Shown: positions 31,031 through 41,246, counted from the first letter of the stretch. The stretch: DNA of 64,000 nucleotides from Nitrospirota bacterium (GCA_963710375.1 CAVPZX010000002.1:704001-768000), one strand, 5' to 3'. A program made the numbers and translations. The notes: generated from the letters alone by a model not told the origin.

Positions 31031-31510
31031 CTAACCCTCCAACTTTCTTGACTTATGGTCTTGTCCTTTCATGCCGTATTCCCTCGCTATCCTGTCAAGA
31101 AGGCCATTGATGAAAGATGCCGATTCAGCGGTTGAATATTTTTTTGCGATCTCCAGGGCTTCGTTTATGGTCACTGCGCTCGGGATGTCTTTCCGGAATA
31201 ATAGTTCATAAGCGGCGAACCTGAGAATATTTCTATCGATGCTTGCAATCCTCAGGAGCGTCCATTTCTCGGCAATGCGTTCAATTGCGGAATCTATTTC
31301 TTCGAGATGCGTTATGGTACCCTTTATAATGTCACCTGCAAACAACTTTACATCCTGCTCGGCATCGCCTGCCTCTTTCCAGAACGACTCGATCTCGCCT
31401 TGGAGTTCTCCTGGTTTTGTGTAACGCTCCGGCTCTCCCCCGGGGCCGTCAAAGAAATCTATCCTGTACAAGAACTGTAAGGCATATTCTCTTGCTTTTC
31501 TTCTCTTCAT
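31031..31510 (-). CDS. nusB: Transcription antitermination factor
   Basis: RRKAREYALQFLY, DRNILR, INEALEIAK, FINGLLD. Confidence 0.96.
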   Translation of the reverse strand: MKRRKAREYALQFLYRIDFFDGPGGEPERYTKPGELQGEIESFWKEAGDAEQDVKLFAGDIIKGTITHLEEIDSAIERIAEKWTLLRIASIDRNILRFAAYELLFRKDIPSAVTINEALEIAKKYSTAESASFINGLLDRIAREYGMKGQDHKSRKLEG

Positions 31511-31519
31511 AATTAATAC

Positions 31520-31602
31520 AGGCTGAGGCTAAGGTTTAGGTTAAGAAAGGCTGAATCGAAATTTTCATCGTCCAGTCTTAACCTTAACCTTGACCTTAAC
31601 CT
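31520..31602. repeat. Inverted hexamer arrays (AGGTTA)n...(TAACCT)n
   Basis: aggctg aggcta aggttt aggtta ... taacct taacct tgacct taacct. Confidence 0.75.
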
Positions 31603-32060
31603 ATTTTTTTAACCACCTGCGCCATTTCTATTGCTGTAACCGCAGCGTCCCACCCCTTGTTGCCTGCTTTGGTTCCTGCCCGCTCAACTGCCTGCTCGAT
31701 AGTATCAGCGGTTATTATTCCGAATGCGATGGGGACCCCTGTTTCAAGCGACGCGGCTGCTATTCCTTTTGAAACCTCTGAAGCTACATAATCAAAATGC
31801 GGGGTCGCTCCCCTGATCACCGTTCCAAGGCATATCACTGCCTGGTAAGTCCCCTTCAATGCCATCTTTTTTGCAATAAGTGGAATTTCAAAAGCACCCG
31901 GGACTCTTACAACTTCAATATCGTCATCTTTGGCGCCGTGTCTTAAAAGTGCATCGGTGGCCCCTTCAAGAAGCCGGGACGTGATAAAATCATTAAACCT
32001 GCTGACAATGATCCCGAATTTGAAACCCTTCGCCTGTAGTTCGCCTTCTATTATTTTCAT
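31596..32060 (-). CDS. ribH: 6,7-dimethyl-8-ribityllumazine synthase
   Basis: [25 protein letters not shown]. Confidence 0.97.
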   Translation of the reverse strand: MKIIEGELQAKGFKFGIIVSRFNDFITSRLLEGATDALLRHGAKDDDIEVVRVPGAFEIPLIAKKMALKGTYQAVICLGTVIRGATPHFDYVASEVSKGIAAASLETGVPIAFGIITADTIEQAVERAGTKAGNKGWDAAVTAIEMAQVVKKIG

Positions 32061-32109
32061 GTTCTACCCTCCGGACAAAATATAATGTATATATTATCAC
32101 ACTCAGGAC

Positions 32110-32210
32110 AGGTTAAGGTTAAGGTATAGGGTTAGGTTGAGACTAAAAAATATATTTATTGTAAGAAAGTCTTGGTTTGTTTTCTTAACCTTAACCTCAG
32201 CCTAAACCTG
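32110..32210. repeat. Second inverted hexamer array of the same family
   Basis: aggtta aggtta aggtat agggtt aggttg ... taacct taacct cagcct aaacct. Confidence 0.75.
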
Positions 32211-32214
32211 TTCT

Positions 32215-33348
32215 TTATGACGGGTAAAACAACTCAAACCTTCGGGTTCTGATATTTATCAATATGCCGGCGGCAATAAAATTGCTCAATAGCGCAGTGC
32301 CGCCATAGCTGACAAATGGAAGCGGAACTCCCACAACCGGCATTACGCTAAGTGTCATGCCGATATTAACACAATAATAGACAAAGAACATAGAGGTTAT
32401 GCCCACTGCCATAAGCCTTCCAAACTCATCTTTTGCGCGGTATGCGGTATCCAGTCCGCGCAGGAAAAGCAACAAATAAATGCACATAAGAAAAAAGCTG
32501 CCGACAAAGCCGCTTTCTTCAGCATAGACTGCAAATATGAAATCCGTATGCTTCTCAGGCAAAAATCTGAGCGGTCCCTGTGTTCCCCTTAGGTATCCCT
32601 TGCCCAAAATACCGCCTGAACCAATGGTTATCTTGGACTGGTTAATATGGTAACCAATGCCTGACGGGTCAACATCGGGGTCCATAAAAGCAACAAGGCG
32701 ATTTTTTTGATAATCCTTCATTCCCTCCCAAAATATGTGACCCAGGAAAGGAACGGAGACAATTGCGATAATGAGCACTACCGTTATGATCTTTTTGCTG
32801 ACACCCTTTGAAATCGAAAGCACTATGAATAGGGATATCATGAGAATAGCAGTACCGAGGTCCGGCTGTTTTATGAGCAAAGCCAGGGGGAGCAGCGCAA
32901 ACATAACAACGATCTTCGCCGACATTTTCTCCCCGGAATCATTGTTGCGGCCCGCAAGATATGCGGAAAGGCCAATAATGAACATTATTCTAAAAAACTC
33001 CGAAGGTTGAAATGAAAAAAAGCCTATGCTCAACCACCGCTTGGCCCCCATGCTCGCCCTCCCTGCAATAAGAACAACTACGAGCAGAAAAAGTCCGATG
33101 CCATAAATCTGGTATGCATAACGGTCCAGCCACTTATAGTCAAAAAATACCATGGCAAAAAGTGCCATTATACTTATGATAAGCCAGATTATCTGTTTTG
33201 AGTAAAAGTCAGGATGTTCGCCTACACCGCCCGGCGGCCTCGTTGCGCTGTAAATCATTGCTACCCCGATCAACGATAGACACATAATAAGGCCGAAGGT
33301 GATCCAGTCAAAATTCTTGATTAAGCGGCGGTCGAGCTTTACAATCAT
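32215..33348 (-). CDS. rodA: Rod shape-determining protein RodA
   Basis: GAKRW..FQPSE, QPDLGT, PEKHTDFIF, PLPFVSYGG. Confidence 0.95.
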   Translation of the reverse strand: MIVKLDRRLIKNFDWITFGLIMCLSLIGVAMIYSATRPPGGVGEHPDFYSKQIIWLIISIMALFAMVFFDYKWLDRYAYQIYGIGLFLLVVVLIAGRASMGAKRWLSIGFFSFQPSEFFRIMFIIGLSAYLAGRNNDSGEKMSAKIVVMFALLPLALLIKQPDLGTAILMISLFIVLSISKGVSKKIITVVLIIAIVSVPFLGHIFWEGMKDYQKNRLVAFMDPDVDPSGIGYHINQSKITIGSGGILGKGYLRGTQGPLRFLPEKHTDFIFAVYAEESGFVGSFFLMCIYLLLFLRGLDTAYRAKDEFGRLMAVGITSMFFVYYCVNIGMTLSVMPVVGVPLPFVSYGGTALLSNFIAAGILINIRTRRFELFYPS

Positions 33349-35165
33349 CCCCGGACCTCCGCACTATTTTCCTTTTTCTCCTGAACATCGGGATTGCCAC
33401 CGGCCGGAGCAGATGGCGGGGGCCCGGCTTCAGCTGGTTTATGTTTTATAAGATACGCCTCGATGGCCCGCTTGGCAATCGGACCTGCTACAGTTCCGCC
33501 ATGCCCGCCGTGCTCCACAAAAACCGCGACTGCTATTTTTGGTTTATCGACAGGAGCAAAGCCAATAAACCACGCATGGTCCATAAATTTTTCGCCAGAC
33601 ACCCCCCGCTGCTTTCCTACAACCTGTGCAGTACCGGTCTTGCCGCCGATCAAAACGACCTGCGACTGAGCGGCATGCCCTGTACCGCCAGGCTCATTAA
33701 CCACCCCTGCCAGCCCCTCCTTTATCGTTTCTATGGTTTCGGGCTTAAGTCCAAGCTGCCCTATAGGCTTGCTCCCCCCCTTTATGAGTGAGAGAGGGTA
33801 AATAGTGCCCCCATTGGAAAAGGTCGCCATCATCCTCGCCATCTGAATAGGAGTTACGGAAACATACCCCTGTCCTATAGCCGCATTATATGTTTCTCCA
33901 AGGTACCAGGGCATTCTCTTCTTCTCCCTCTTCCATTCTGTATTGGGGATCAATCCGCGCCGCTCTTTTATCATCAGGTTAATGCCCGTCTCCTTGCCGA
34001 GACCGAGGGCAGTTGCATATTTATAAATCTTATCTATGCCCAGCCTCCTGCCTACCTCATAAAAATAGGTATCGCACGATTCTACAATTGCGCGATGGAA
34101 ATCGATCGGACCATGACCGCCTTTTTTCCAGCATCCGAATGTCCATTTACCATAGCGTATCCCACCCGTGCAGTTGATCTTTTTGTCTAGATCAATAACG
34201 CCTTCTTCCAGTGCCGCAGTTGCCGTGACTACTTTAAAGGTCGAGCCTGGAGGATACTGACTCTGAAGCGCCCTGTTGAGCATCGGGTTTTTTTTGTCTT
34301 CTATGAGCGACTCCCAATCCTTGTACTGTATGCCTCTTGAAAATACATTTGGATCAAACGAGGGAAGGCTTTCCAGGGCAAGTATTTCTCCTGTATCAGG
34401 GTTTATCGCTACTAATGCACCAGCCTTGTCCTTAAACTCATCCTCAACAGCTTTCTGGATGTTAATATCGATGCTGAGGGTAATGTCCTGCCCCTTCACC
34501 GAAGGCCTCTGCTGAATAAGCCGCAACTCTCTGCCGAGTGCGTCTACCTCTATTATCCGTTCACCTGGAGTGCCCCTCAATTCTTTATCAAATACCTCTT
34601 CGACGCCCCACTGTCCGATCAGGGCATCCGGAGGAAAATTCCTGTAAGCCGGGTTCTCAAATTGTGCAGGCGTCAACTTGCCCAAATAACCGATAACGTG
34701 GGCTCCGACTTTGCCGAAGAGATATTCTCTGCCCACCTCTGTCTCTACAAAAATGCCCGGGAAATCCGATTTCCCGGCTTCGACATGTGCAATCTCCTGA
34801 AAGCTCAGACCCTCTTTTATCTTAAGGGGGATGAACGGGCTGTTGTCTTTCCTATTCAACTTCTCCTCAATCTCGCTCTTTTCTACTCCCAGAAATTTTG
34901 CAAGGGCATCGAGGTCAAGGCCCTTGAGGCTTTCGGGGCTTATTGATACACTGAAAAAGGGGACATCTTTTACCAACGGAGTCCCGTTCCGGTCAAATAT
35001 AATTCCTCTTGGGGCTGGAGTTTTTACAATTCTCAACCTGTTGCTCTCGGATAGGGCCCTGTACTTGTCTCCTTCGATGACCTGAAGCTGCCAGAGCTTA
35101 CAACAGAAAAAAAAGAAAACGGCGACAATAATATAAGATCCCAGTTGTATTTTGGTCAGCTTCAT
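33345..35165 (-). CDS. mrdA: Penicillin-binding protein 2
   Basis: APRGIIFDRNG, PGSTFK, SCD, KTGTAQ. Confidence 0.95.
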   Translation of the reverse strand: MKLTKIQLGSYIIVAVFFFFCCKLWQLQVIEGDKYRALSESNRLRIVKTPAPRGIIFDRNGTPLVKDVPFFSVSISPESLKGLDLDALAKFLGVEKSEIEEKLNRKDNSPFIPLKIKEGLSFQEIAHVEAGKSDFPGIFVETEVGREYLFGKVGAHVIGYLGKLTPAQFENPAYRNFPPDALIGQWGVEEVFDKELRGTPGERIIEVDALGRELRLIQQRPSVKGQDITLSIDINIQKAVEDEFKDKAGALVAINPDTGEILALESLPSFDPNVFSRGIQYKDWESLIEDKKNPMLNRALQSQYPPGSTFKVVTATAALEEGVIDLDKKINCTGGIRYGKWTFGCWKKGGHGPIDFHRAIVESCDTYFYEVGRRLGIDKIYKYATALGLGKETGINLMIKERRGLIPNTEWKREKKRMPWYLGETYNAAIGQGYVSVTPIQMARMMATFSNGGTIYPLSLIKGGSKPIGQLGLKPETIETIKEGLAGVVNEPGGTGHAAQSQVVLIGGKTGTAQVVGKQRGVSGEKFMDHAWFIGFAPVDKPKIAVAVFVEHGGHGGTVAGPIAKRAIEAYLIKHKPAEAGPPPSAPAGGNPDVQEKKENSAEVRG

Positions 35166-35252
35166 CAAGCACACACCCGGGGAGAATGCCAAATCCCCAT
35201 ATAGACAATTGTCAGGGACTTCTTTTGTCGCACGCTATTTATCCCGCATCGT

Positions 35253-35735
35253 TCACGGCCGCAATATAATACCGAAAGGTATGTTCATAAGAGACTGAAC
35301 ACACATCGCCTGCAAAAGTAAGGCGCCGGTGACATGAATACCTGTAAACATTATCCGGGAGCCGGCCACCACCACTCCATCAAAAAGCGTGAAAATAACC
35401 ACAATGGCGATGCCCCACAACGGTGTCCATTTAAATATCATATCGGTAAAAACAACCGGCGTCATTAGCCCCAGCAGCCCCTTGCTCAGGAGCCCGGGGC
35501 CGATTACGGAGCCGGATATAACATCTTCCATCAAGCCGATGATCACACCAAATGCAACGCTCTCAAATTCTGATTTGCTGCCGGAATAATCGCGGTCTGA
35601 GTTGCGCTGGTAGCTTTTCAAGCCGAAATAGTAGACAAGAATAACTGTAAGGTTGGAGAAATTCCTCAAAAAAGAACACTGCGTCTGCAGCAAAAAAACA
35701 ACCACGGTAAAGAGTATCCATTTCAGTGCATTCAT
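35253..35735 (-). CDS. mreD: Rod shape-determining protein MreD (divergent)
   Basis: Hydrophobic; GLMEDVISG..G; lies between mreC and mrdA. Confidence 0.75.
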   Translation of the reverse strand: MNALKWILFTVVVFLLQTQCSFLRNFSNLTVILVYYFGLKSYQRNSDRDYSGSKSEFESVAFGVIIGLMEDVISGSVIGPGLLSKGLLGLMTPVVFTDMIFKWTPLWGIAIVVIFTLFDGVVVAGSRIMFTGIHVTGALLLQAMCVQSLMNIPFGIILRP

Positions 35736-35742
35736 TTACAGT

Positions 35743-36537
35743 TTAACTTTTGGAGAGCACCCGTTTCAGCACAATCACGTCCTCCAGCTTATCGCTCGAC
35801 TGAAAAGGCTGTACCTCTATGTATTGAAAAAATTCTATGCCTTCTTTTTTCACTTTACTTACCACGCCGACCGGCAGGCCCTCGGGGAATATCCCGTCAA
35901 AGCCGGATGTTATTACCACTTCTCCCTTTACCACGTTCTCCTCCGGAGGAACATATTTCAGCAGACAATAGTCATAACCCGTCCCAGACACGACACCCTC
36001 CCGCCGGCTATTCTGCAGCCTTACCGCTACAGAAAAGTTAGAATCCTTCAGGAGCAATACGTCCGAAAAGGAATCCTGCACTGAATAAACCTTGCCTATA
36101 AGGCCTTGAGGGGTAATAACCGCCATGCCTTTTCCTATTCCGCTTTTTTCCCCCTTGTCAAGAATGACAATGTTGAGCAGCCTGTCTGATCCTCGCGCTA
36201 TGACCCTGGCTGCCGTCACATATTTGGGCTCCTGCTCTTTGAACGACAGCAGCTCTTTAAGCCGTTCGTTTTCTAAAATGATCTCTCTGTATTGCTGTTT
36301 TTCGAGCTGGAGTTGTTCGACCTCTTTCCTGAGCATCTTATTTTCCTCAAATGCATTCCGTATCCTTCTAATCGTGATATCGGCGTTCGCAGTGAACTCA
36401 TTCAGCGCATAATACGGGTAGGATATTACTTCATCAAAAAAAGAAAAGGCCTTTTGATCGTGCTGGTAACTCATTAGAGCAACTGCTGCCGAGACAAGGA
36501 CAAACAGGATAAGCAGTCTCTTTTTACCCTTTGACAT
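35743..36537 (-). CDS. mreC: Rod shape-determining protein MreC
   Basis: ENERLKELL, LDKGEKSGI, VITSG..FPEGLPVG. Confidence 0.93.
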   Translation of the reverse strand: MSKGKKRLLILFVLVSAAVALMSYQHDQKAFSFFDEVISYPYYALNEFTANADITIRRIRNAFEENKMLRKEVEQLQLEKQQYREIILENERLKELLSFKEQEPKYVTAARVIARGSDRLLNIVILDKGEKSGIGKGMAVITPQGLIGKVYSVQDSFSDVLLLKDSNFSVAVRLQNSRREGVVSGTGYDYCLLKYVPPEENVVKGEVVITSGFDGIFPEGLPVGVVSKVKKEGIEFFQYIEVQPFQSSDKLEDVIVLKRVLSKS

Positions 36538-37577
36538 TAATTAGTGCTGATGGCAACCTTTTGAAGAAGTTCCAGCTTATCCAGCATCATTCCGCACCCC
36601 CTGACCACTGCGGTAAGAGGATCGTCGGGAAGAATCACCGGCACTCCGGTCTGTTCTCTGATCAGAATATCAAGCCCTTTCAACAAGGCGCCACCTCCTG
36701 CCAGAACAATACCCTTATCAACAATATCGGCAGCAAGCTCAGGAGGAGTGTTTTCAAGGGTAACTTTGATTGTATCCAGAATAAGGCCTATGCTCTCCTG
36801 CAGCGCTTCCCTTATCTCATCCTCGGTCACGTTAATCGCCTTCGGGATGCCGGACACGAGGTCTCTTCCTTTGATCTCCATGGGCTCCGAGTTATTGGTC
36901 GGATAAGCAGAACCAAGGTCAATTTTTATTCGCTCGGAAGTCCGCTCCCCTATCATAAGATTGTATTTGCGCTTGATATAAGCCATAATTGCTTCGTCCA
37001 TCTTGTCGCCGCCTACTCTAACCGCTTTGCTGTAGACAATTCCGTCAAGTGATATCACCGCTACATCGGTTGTCCCCCCGCCGATGTCCACTATCATATT
37101 CCCGGACGGCTCACCAACAGGCAGACCGACCCCTACCGCTGCCGCCATCGGCTCCTCTATAAGGTATACCTCGCGCGCTCCCGAAGCATGGGCGGCATCC
37201 TTGACCGCGCGTTGTTCCACTTGCGTGATACCGGACGGTACGCCGATTATCACACGCGGAGATACAAAGCTCTTCCTGTTGTGGGCCTTTGTAATAAAAT
37301 ATTTAAGCATGACTTCCGTTGCGTCAAAATCCGCAATGACGCCGTCTTTCATAGGCCTGATAGCAAGAATATTCGAGGGAGTCTTTCCCAGCATTTCTTT
37401 TGCCTCTATGCCAACCGCTACAGGGACTTTGTTGTCTCTCCTGATTACCACAACAGAAGCCTCGTTGCAGATAATGCCCCTACCCTTCATGTAAACAAGT
37501 GTATTTGCTGTCCCAAGATCAATCGCAAGATCATTAGAGAACATACCCAGTATCTTATGAATAAACACGCTGACCAC
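36537..37577 (-). CDS. mreB: Rod shape-determining protein MreB
   Basis: IDLGTANT, RPMKDGVIADF, DIGGGTT, GGGALL. Confidence 0.97.
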   Translation of the reverse strand: MVSVFIHKILGMFSNDLAIDLGTANTLVYMKGRGIICNEASVVVIRRDNKVPVAVGIEAKEMLGKTPSNILAIRPMKDGVIADFDATEVMLKYFITKAHNRKSFVSPRVIIGVPSGITQVEQRAVKDAAHASGAREVYLIEEPMAAAVGVGLPVGEPSGNMIVDIGGGTTDVAVISLDGIVYSKAVRVGGDKMDEAIMAYIKRKYNLMIGERTSERIKIDLGSAYPTNNSEPMEIKGRDLVSGIPKAINVTEDEIREALQESIGLILDTIKVTLENTPPELAADIVDKGIVLAGGGALLKGLDILIREQTGVPVILPDDPLTAVVRGCGMMLDKLELLQKVAISTN

Positions 37578-37595
37578 CCCCCTCTAAACTCTACG

Positions 37596-37672
37596 ATGTT
37601 AAATTTTAAATTGTGAATGTTGAATTAATAAAAAATACCACAATTTAACATTCACAATTCAACATTCAAAAT
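37596..37672. repeat. Inverted heptamer arrays
   Basis: atgttaa attttaa attgtga atgttga ... aatttaa cattcac aattcaa cattcaa. Confidence 0.7.
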
Positions 37673-37685
37673 ATATTCTATGATA

Positions 37686-38090
37686 TCACCCTTCAACGAT
37701 TTTGGTGTTCGCCAGATCGTCGCCAAGTCTCATGCCCTCCTCACTGCCCAGCATCAGCATGAACTCCAGCACAGTTATGAGCAGCACAAAAAACCATCCG
37801 AGCAGCGGTATCTTGTAAAGAAGGAGCGAGAAGGCAAAAGTGATGTTTCTCACCATCGAATCCCTAAAAGTACCGGGCTTTCCGGTCTCTGTCGAGATCA
37901 CCCTCAATCGAATTATCTTCTTCCCCAGGCTCCTTCCATCAAAAAGACCATCGCTGATAAGAAGGTAGACGAGGCCGGCAAAATACCCCACCTGAGGGAC
38001 AGCCTTTATCGCTAGAGCAATAATAATAAAGTCAACCAGCTTTGCTATCGCACGCAGCAATAAGCCGGCCTTTGCAGTGTCCCCAGGCAT
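37686..38090 (-). CDS. RDD family membrane protein
   Basis: RAIAKLVD, GRSLGKKIIRLRV, RLGDDLANT. Confidence 0.88.
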   Translation of the reverse strand: MPGDTAKAGLLLRAIAKLVDFIIIALAIKAVPQVGYFAGLVYLLISDGLFDGRSLGKKIIRLRVISTETGKPGTFRDSMVRNITFAFSLLLYKIPLLGWFFVLLITVLEFMLMLGSEEGMRLGDDLANTKIVEG

Positions 38091-38123
38091 TGCTAATACT
38101 ACCAAATTACCTTCAATTTATTC

Positions 38124-38243
38124 AAGGACATTGGTGTTGGGTGAGGGGGGACTAACCAGTAAAGAGTGTGCTTACCGGATCATCGGCCACCAAAGGCATT
38201 ACAGGTACAAACCGGTTACTCCCTCTCATCCAACTTTTACCTT
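38124..38243 (+). ncRNA. Candidate structured RNA (unassigned)
   Basis: ~23-bp outer stem with G-U pairs (38136-38160 with 38211-38234), inner stem and small hairpins. Confidence 0.35.
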
Positions 38244-38412
38244 AACACCGCTTGCGTTTATAAGTGGTAAAATTTAATGTGTTATGCTACTATATTGCTC
38301 ATTAATATAATACATTAGGATAGGAATACCTATTTGCACTATTTTATGATATACTTCGTTTGGAAAATTATATACAGACAAGAAATTAATATAACTATAG
38401 GGGGTTTTTAAT

Positions 38413-40230
38413 ATGCTACAAAAAATGCAAAAGCTCTTAATTTTTCTGCAATTGTTGATAACCCTGACCATAGTTGCACCCTCTTTTTCACTTGCAGGAG
38501 AGATTCTTATAAACCCCGGGAAATTCGATCACTTTAACATCGCGCTACCTGAAAAAATCGTTGCAGGAGAAGACACCACCCTGAGTCTGCAGGCCGTAGA
38601 TGCCTTCAACAATGTGCTTTTTAATTTCGGCGACACTGAGAGAGAGTTCCAGATATGGGTGACCGGATCAGCTTTGGTAAAGCCCACGTCCTTTAAATCA
38701 TCATCATTTGCAAACGGGGTATTGATCTTCACACTGACAGACAAGGTTGCGGAGCCATTTACTCTTGCAATCCGTGAAAGCGGGAGTCCCATTCCCATTG
38801 TTTCAAAAGACCTGAATGTTTTTCCAAATAAGCTGACTTCCTTTGTGATAAGATCACCCCGCATTGCACAGGCTGGTGATTCCTTTGATCTGAGAATAAT
38901 CCCAAAAGATGCATACGGCAATACAGTGTTGGAGACCATTCCTGGAAAAAACATCAATCTTATCTTTAAAGGCGATGCAGACCTTAAAATCGACATGCCC
39001 TCTATCCCCGATATCAAGAATGGATCAGGTTCTATCACACTTATGTCGCAAAAATCCGGAATGGCCCAGGTCGAAGCCAAGGATCTGATTTCAGGCAGTG
39101 TCGGAGGCAGCGATAAGATCGAAATAAACAGCGGCCCCGTGAATTCATTTAAACTGTTCGCTCCTAAAGACGTTATTGCAGGCGAGCCTTTTGAGGTGTC
39201 TATAGTCGCTGTTGACCGCTTTAACAATGTAGTGTCGAACTACGGGTCCTCCGGTAACGGCGTGTCACTCACCTCGACAGGTAGATTAAAGCCTTTCCCT
39301 TCCACGATCCCATCCTATGAGTTCGTGAACGGACAAGCGAAAGTAGACCTGAGGTATGATATTGCTGAAGACATCGCGATCGTCGCAACTGATAACGTCA
39401 AAGGTGAAAAAGGTTCGACAGAGACAATTCACGCAATATCTCCGGTTCCGGAGAGATACGAGGTTACGACACCTGAATCAGCAATGGCGGGTCAGAAATT
39501 CAAGCTGAAAGTGACTGTTTATAATCAGCTTAACCATGTCATCAGGAATTACAATCTCGTTGGTCCTGATGTACTCCTTACCACTACCGGAAGCGGGACA
39601 CTCGTGCCGAGCAAGATACCTGCATCGGAATTCATTAATGGCAACGCAGTGGTTGAAGTGCAGTACAATAAGTCCGAGGCCTTCTCGATCACGGCGTCCG
39701 CTGCAAAGACCTCGACGCCTTCATCTCCTGTTCAGCCTCAGCCGCCTGTTACGGCAAAGAAACCGGCGACTGCAGCCGAAAAACAGCAGGCCAAGACAGT
39801 TGCAACTGTAAAACAAACTAAAAAGACGAAAAAAGTAAGGGCAAAAGAATTAAAGGAATGCAAAGAAAAGAAGGTAAAAGAGACGAAAGCCAAGGTAACC
39901 CGCCAGCTTGAGATCAAAAATCTATCACTGGTCGAGTCCAAAAAGAAATCCGTTATTACACTAAATATACCCGGTACCGACAGTTCATTAAAATACAATG
40001 CAACGACCGAAATGATGGATGGCAAGAGGTGGGTCGTGCTTAAAATACAACCCGTGAACAGTAAAGTGGAAAAATCATACAAGTTTACCTCATCATTCAT
40101 CGGGGACATTTCGGTTGATGAGGATACACAGAACAAGGGCATGGTTACGGTAAAGATTGAACTCCTGAAGCCGTCCAAATTCCATGTAACAAAAGAAAAG
40201 AACGCCATCTCCGTAAATCTTCACCAATGA
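38413..40230 (+). CDS. Exported protein with four Ig-like repeats, a Lys/Pro-rich linker and a C-terminal beta domain
   Basis: Signal peptide; repeats ..IVAGE..AVDAFNN / AQAGD..KDAYGN / VIAGE..VDRFNN / AMAGQ..YNQLN. Confidence 0.8.
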   Translation: MLQKMQKLLIFLQLLITLTIVAPSFSLAGEILINPGKFDHFNIALPEKIVAGEDTTLSLQAVDAFNNVLFNFGDTEREFQIWVTGSALVKPTSFKSSSFANGVLIFTLTDKVAEPFTLAIRESGSPIPIVSKDLNVFPNKLTSFVIRSPRIAQAGDSFDLRIIPKDAYGNTVLETIPGKNINLIFKGDADLKIDMPSIPDIKNGSGSITLMSQKSGMAQVEAKDLISGSVGGSDKIEINSGPVNSFKLFAPKDVIAGEPFEVSIVAVDRFNNVVSNYGSSGNGVSLTSTGRLKPFPSTIPSYEFVNGQAKVDLRYDIAEDIAIVATDNVKGEKGSTETIHAISPVPERYEVTTPESAMAGQKFKLKVTVYNQLNHVIRNYNLVGPDVLLTTTGSGTLVPSKIPASEFINGNAVVEVQYNKSEAFSITASAAKTSTPSSPVQPQPPVTAKKPATAAEKQQAKTVATVKQTKKTKKVRAKELKECKEKKVKETKAKVTRQLEIKNLSLVESKKKSVITLNIPGTDSSLKYNATTEMMDGKRWVVLKIQPVNSKVEKSYKFTSSFIGDISVDEDTQNKGMVTVKIELLKPSKFHVTKEKNAISVNLHQ

Positions 40231-40340
40231 TTAAAGCAAAGCTATAACCAAGTTCAAGAAGTGAAATTTGATGGCGGCCTCTAAGGCAGTTTAATTCATG
40301 CCTCTTATTCAGTCTTACCCTTATGCCGCACATATCCATT

Positions 40341-41246
40341 ATGGGCTTTCTCGATAAACTGAAATCAGGTCTTTCGAAGACAAAACAGAATCTTATCGGG
40401 CGCGTCGAAACAGTTCTGCTGAACCGGACAGTCGATGCGGCCGCCATCGATGCCATAGAGGAGATACTCATAACCTCTGATATCGGTGCAGAGGCCGCCG
40501 CTGACATAGCCGGCTTTCTCAGGGGGAAGGTAACCTCGGGCGAGATACGCACATCAGCAGACGTTAAGACCGCGCTTAGGTCCCAAATGGTCTCGCTATT
40601 AGGCATTCATCAGCCGCTCGTCACTTTCGGCGAAAAGCCCTTCGTCATTCTCACCGTTGGTGTCAATGGCGTCGGCAAGACCACTACCATCGGGAAGCTG
40701 GCATCACGTTTTAAATCTGAAGGAAACTCGGTACTGATCGCTGCTGGAGACACCTTCAGGGCTGCAGCAATCGAGCAGCTCGAAATCTGGGCCCACCGCA
40801 CCGGCGCCGATATGATAAAACACCAGAGCGGCTCAGACCCGGCCTCTGTCGCATTCGATGCTGTTGAAGCGGCAAAGGCACGCGGGACCGATGTGGCGAT
40901 CATCGATACTGCGGGAAGGTTACATACAAAAAGTCCACTTATGGACGAGCTGAAAAAAATAAACCGCGTGATTAAAAAAGCAATGCCCGATGCCCCTCAG
41001 GAAATTCTTCTAGTAGTTGATGCGACAACAGGACAGAATGCGCTCAGGCAGGCACATATATTTAATGAGGCAGTAGGAGTCACCGGTATTGCCCTGACAA
41101 AACTGGACGGAACCGCAAAAGGCGGTATAATCTTTGCGATAAAGAAAGAACTTGGGATTCCGGTCAGGCTTATAGGCGTAGGCGAAGGAGTGGATGACCT
41201 CAAGGATTTCAATCCAACCGAGTTCGTTACTGCTCTGTTTGACTAA
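40341..41246 (+). CDS. ftsY: Signal recognition particle receptor
   Basis: GVNGVGKTTT, DTFRAAA, DTAGR, TKLDGTAKGG. Confidence 0.97.
   Translation: MGFLDKLKSGLSKTKQNLIGRVETVLLNRTVDAAAIDAIEEILITSDIGAEAAADIAGFLRGKVTSGEIRTSADVKTALRSQMVSLLGIHQPLVTFGEKPFVILTVGVNGVGKTTTIGKLASRFKSEGNSVLIAAGDTFRAAAIEQLEIWAHRTGADMIKHQSGSDPASVAFDAVEAAKARGTDVAIIDTAGRLHTKSPLMDELKKINRVIKKAMPDAPQEILLVVDATTGQNALRQAHIFNEAVGVTGIALTKLDGTAKGGIIFAIKKELGIPVRLIGVGEGVDDLKDFNPTEFVTALFD

Noticed and set aside
38124..38249. SRP (4.5S) RNA, given that ftsY is nearby
   Set aside because: It lacks the conserved SRP domain IV CAGG...GGAA...GCAG motif; kept only as an unassigned candidate
38529..39227. Long antisense ORFs (this one, 11405..11944, 59446..60075 and similar)
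   Set aside because: They shadow well-supported genes on the opposite strand and show no recognisable motifs
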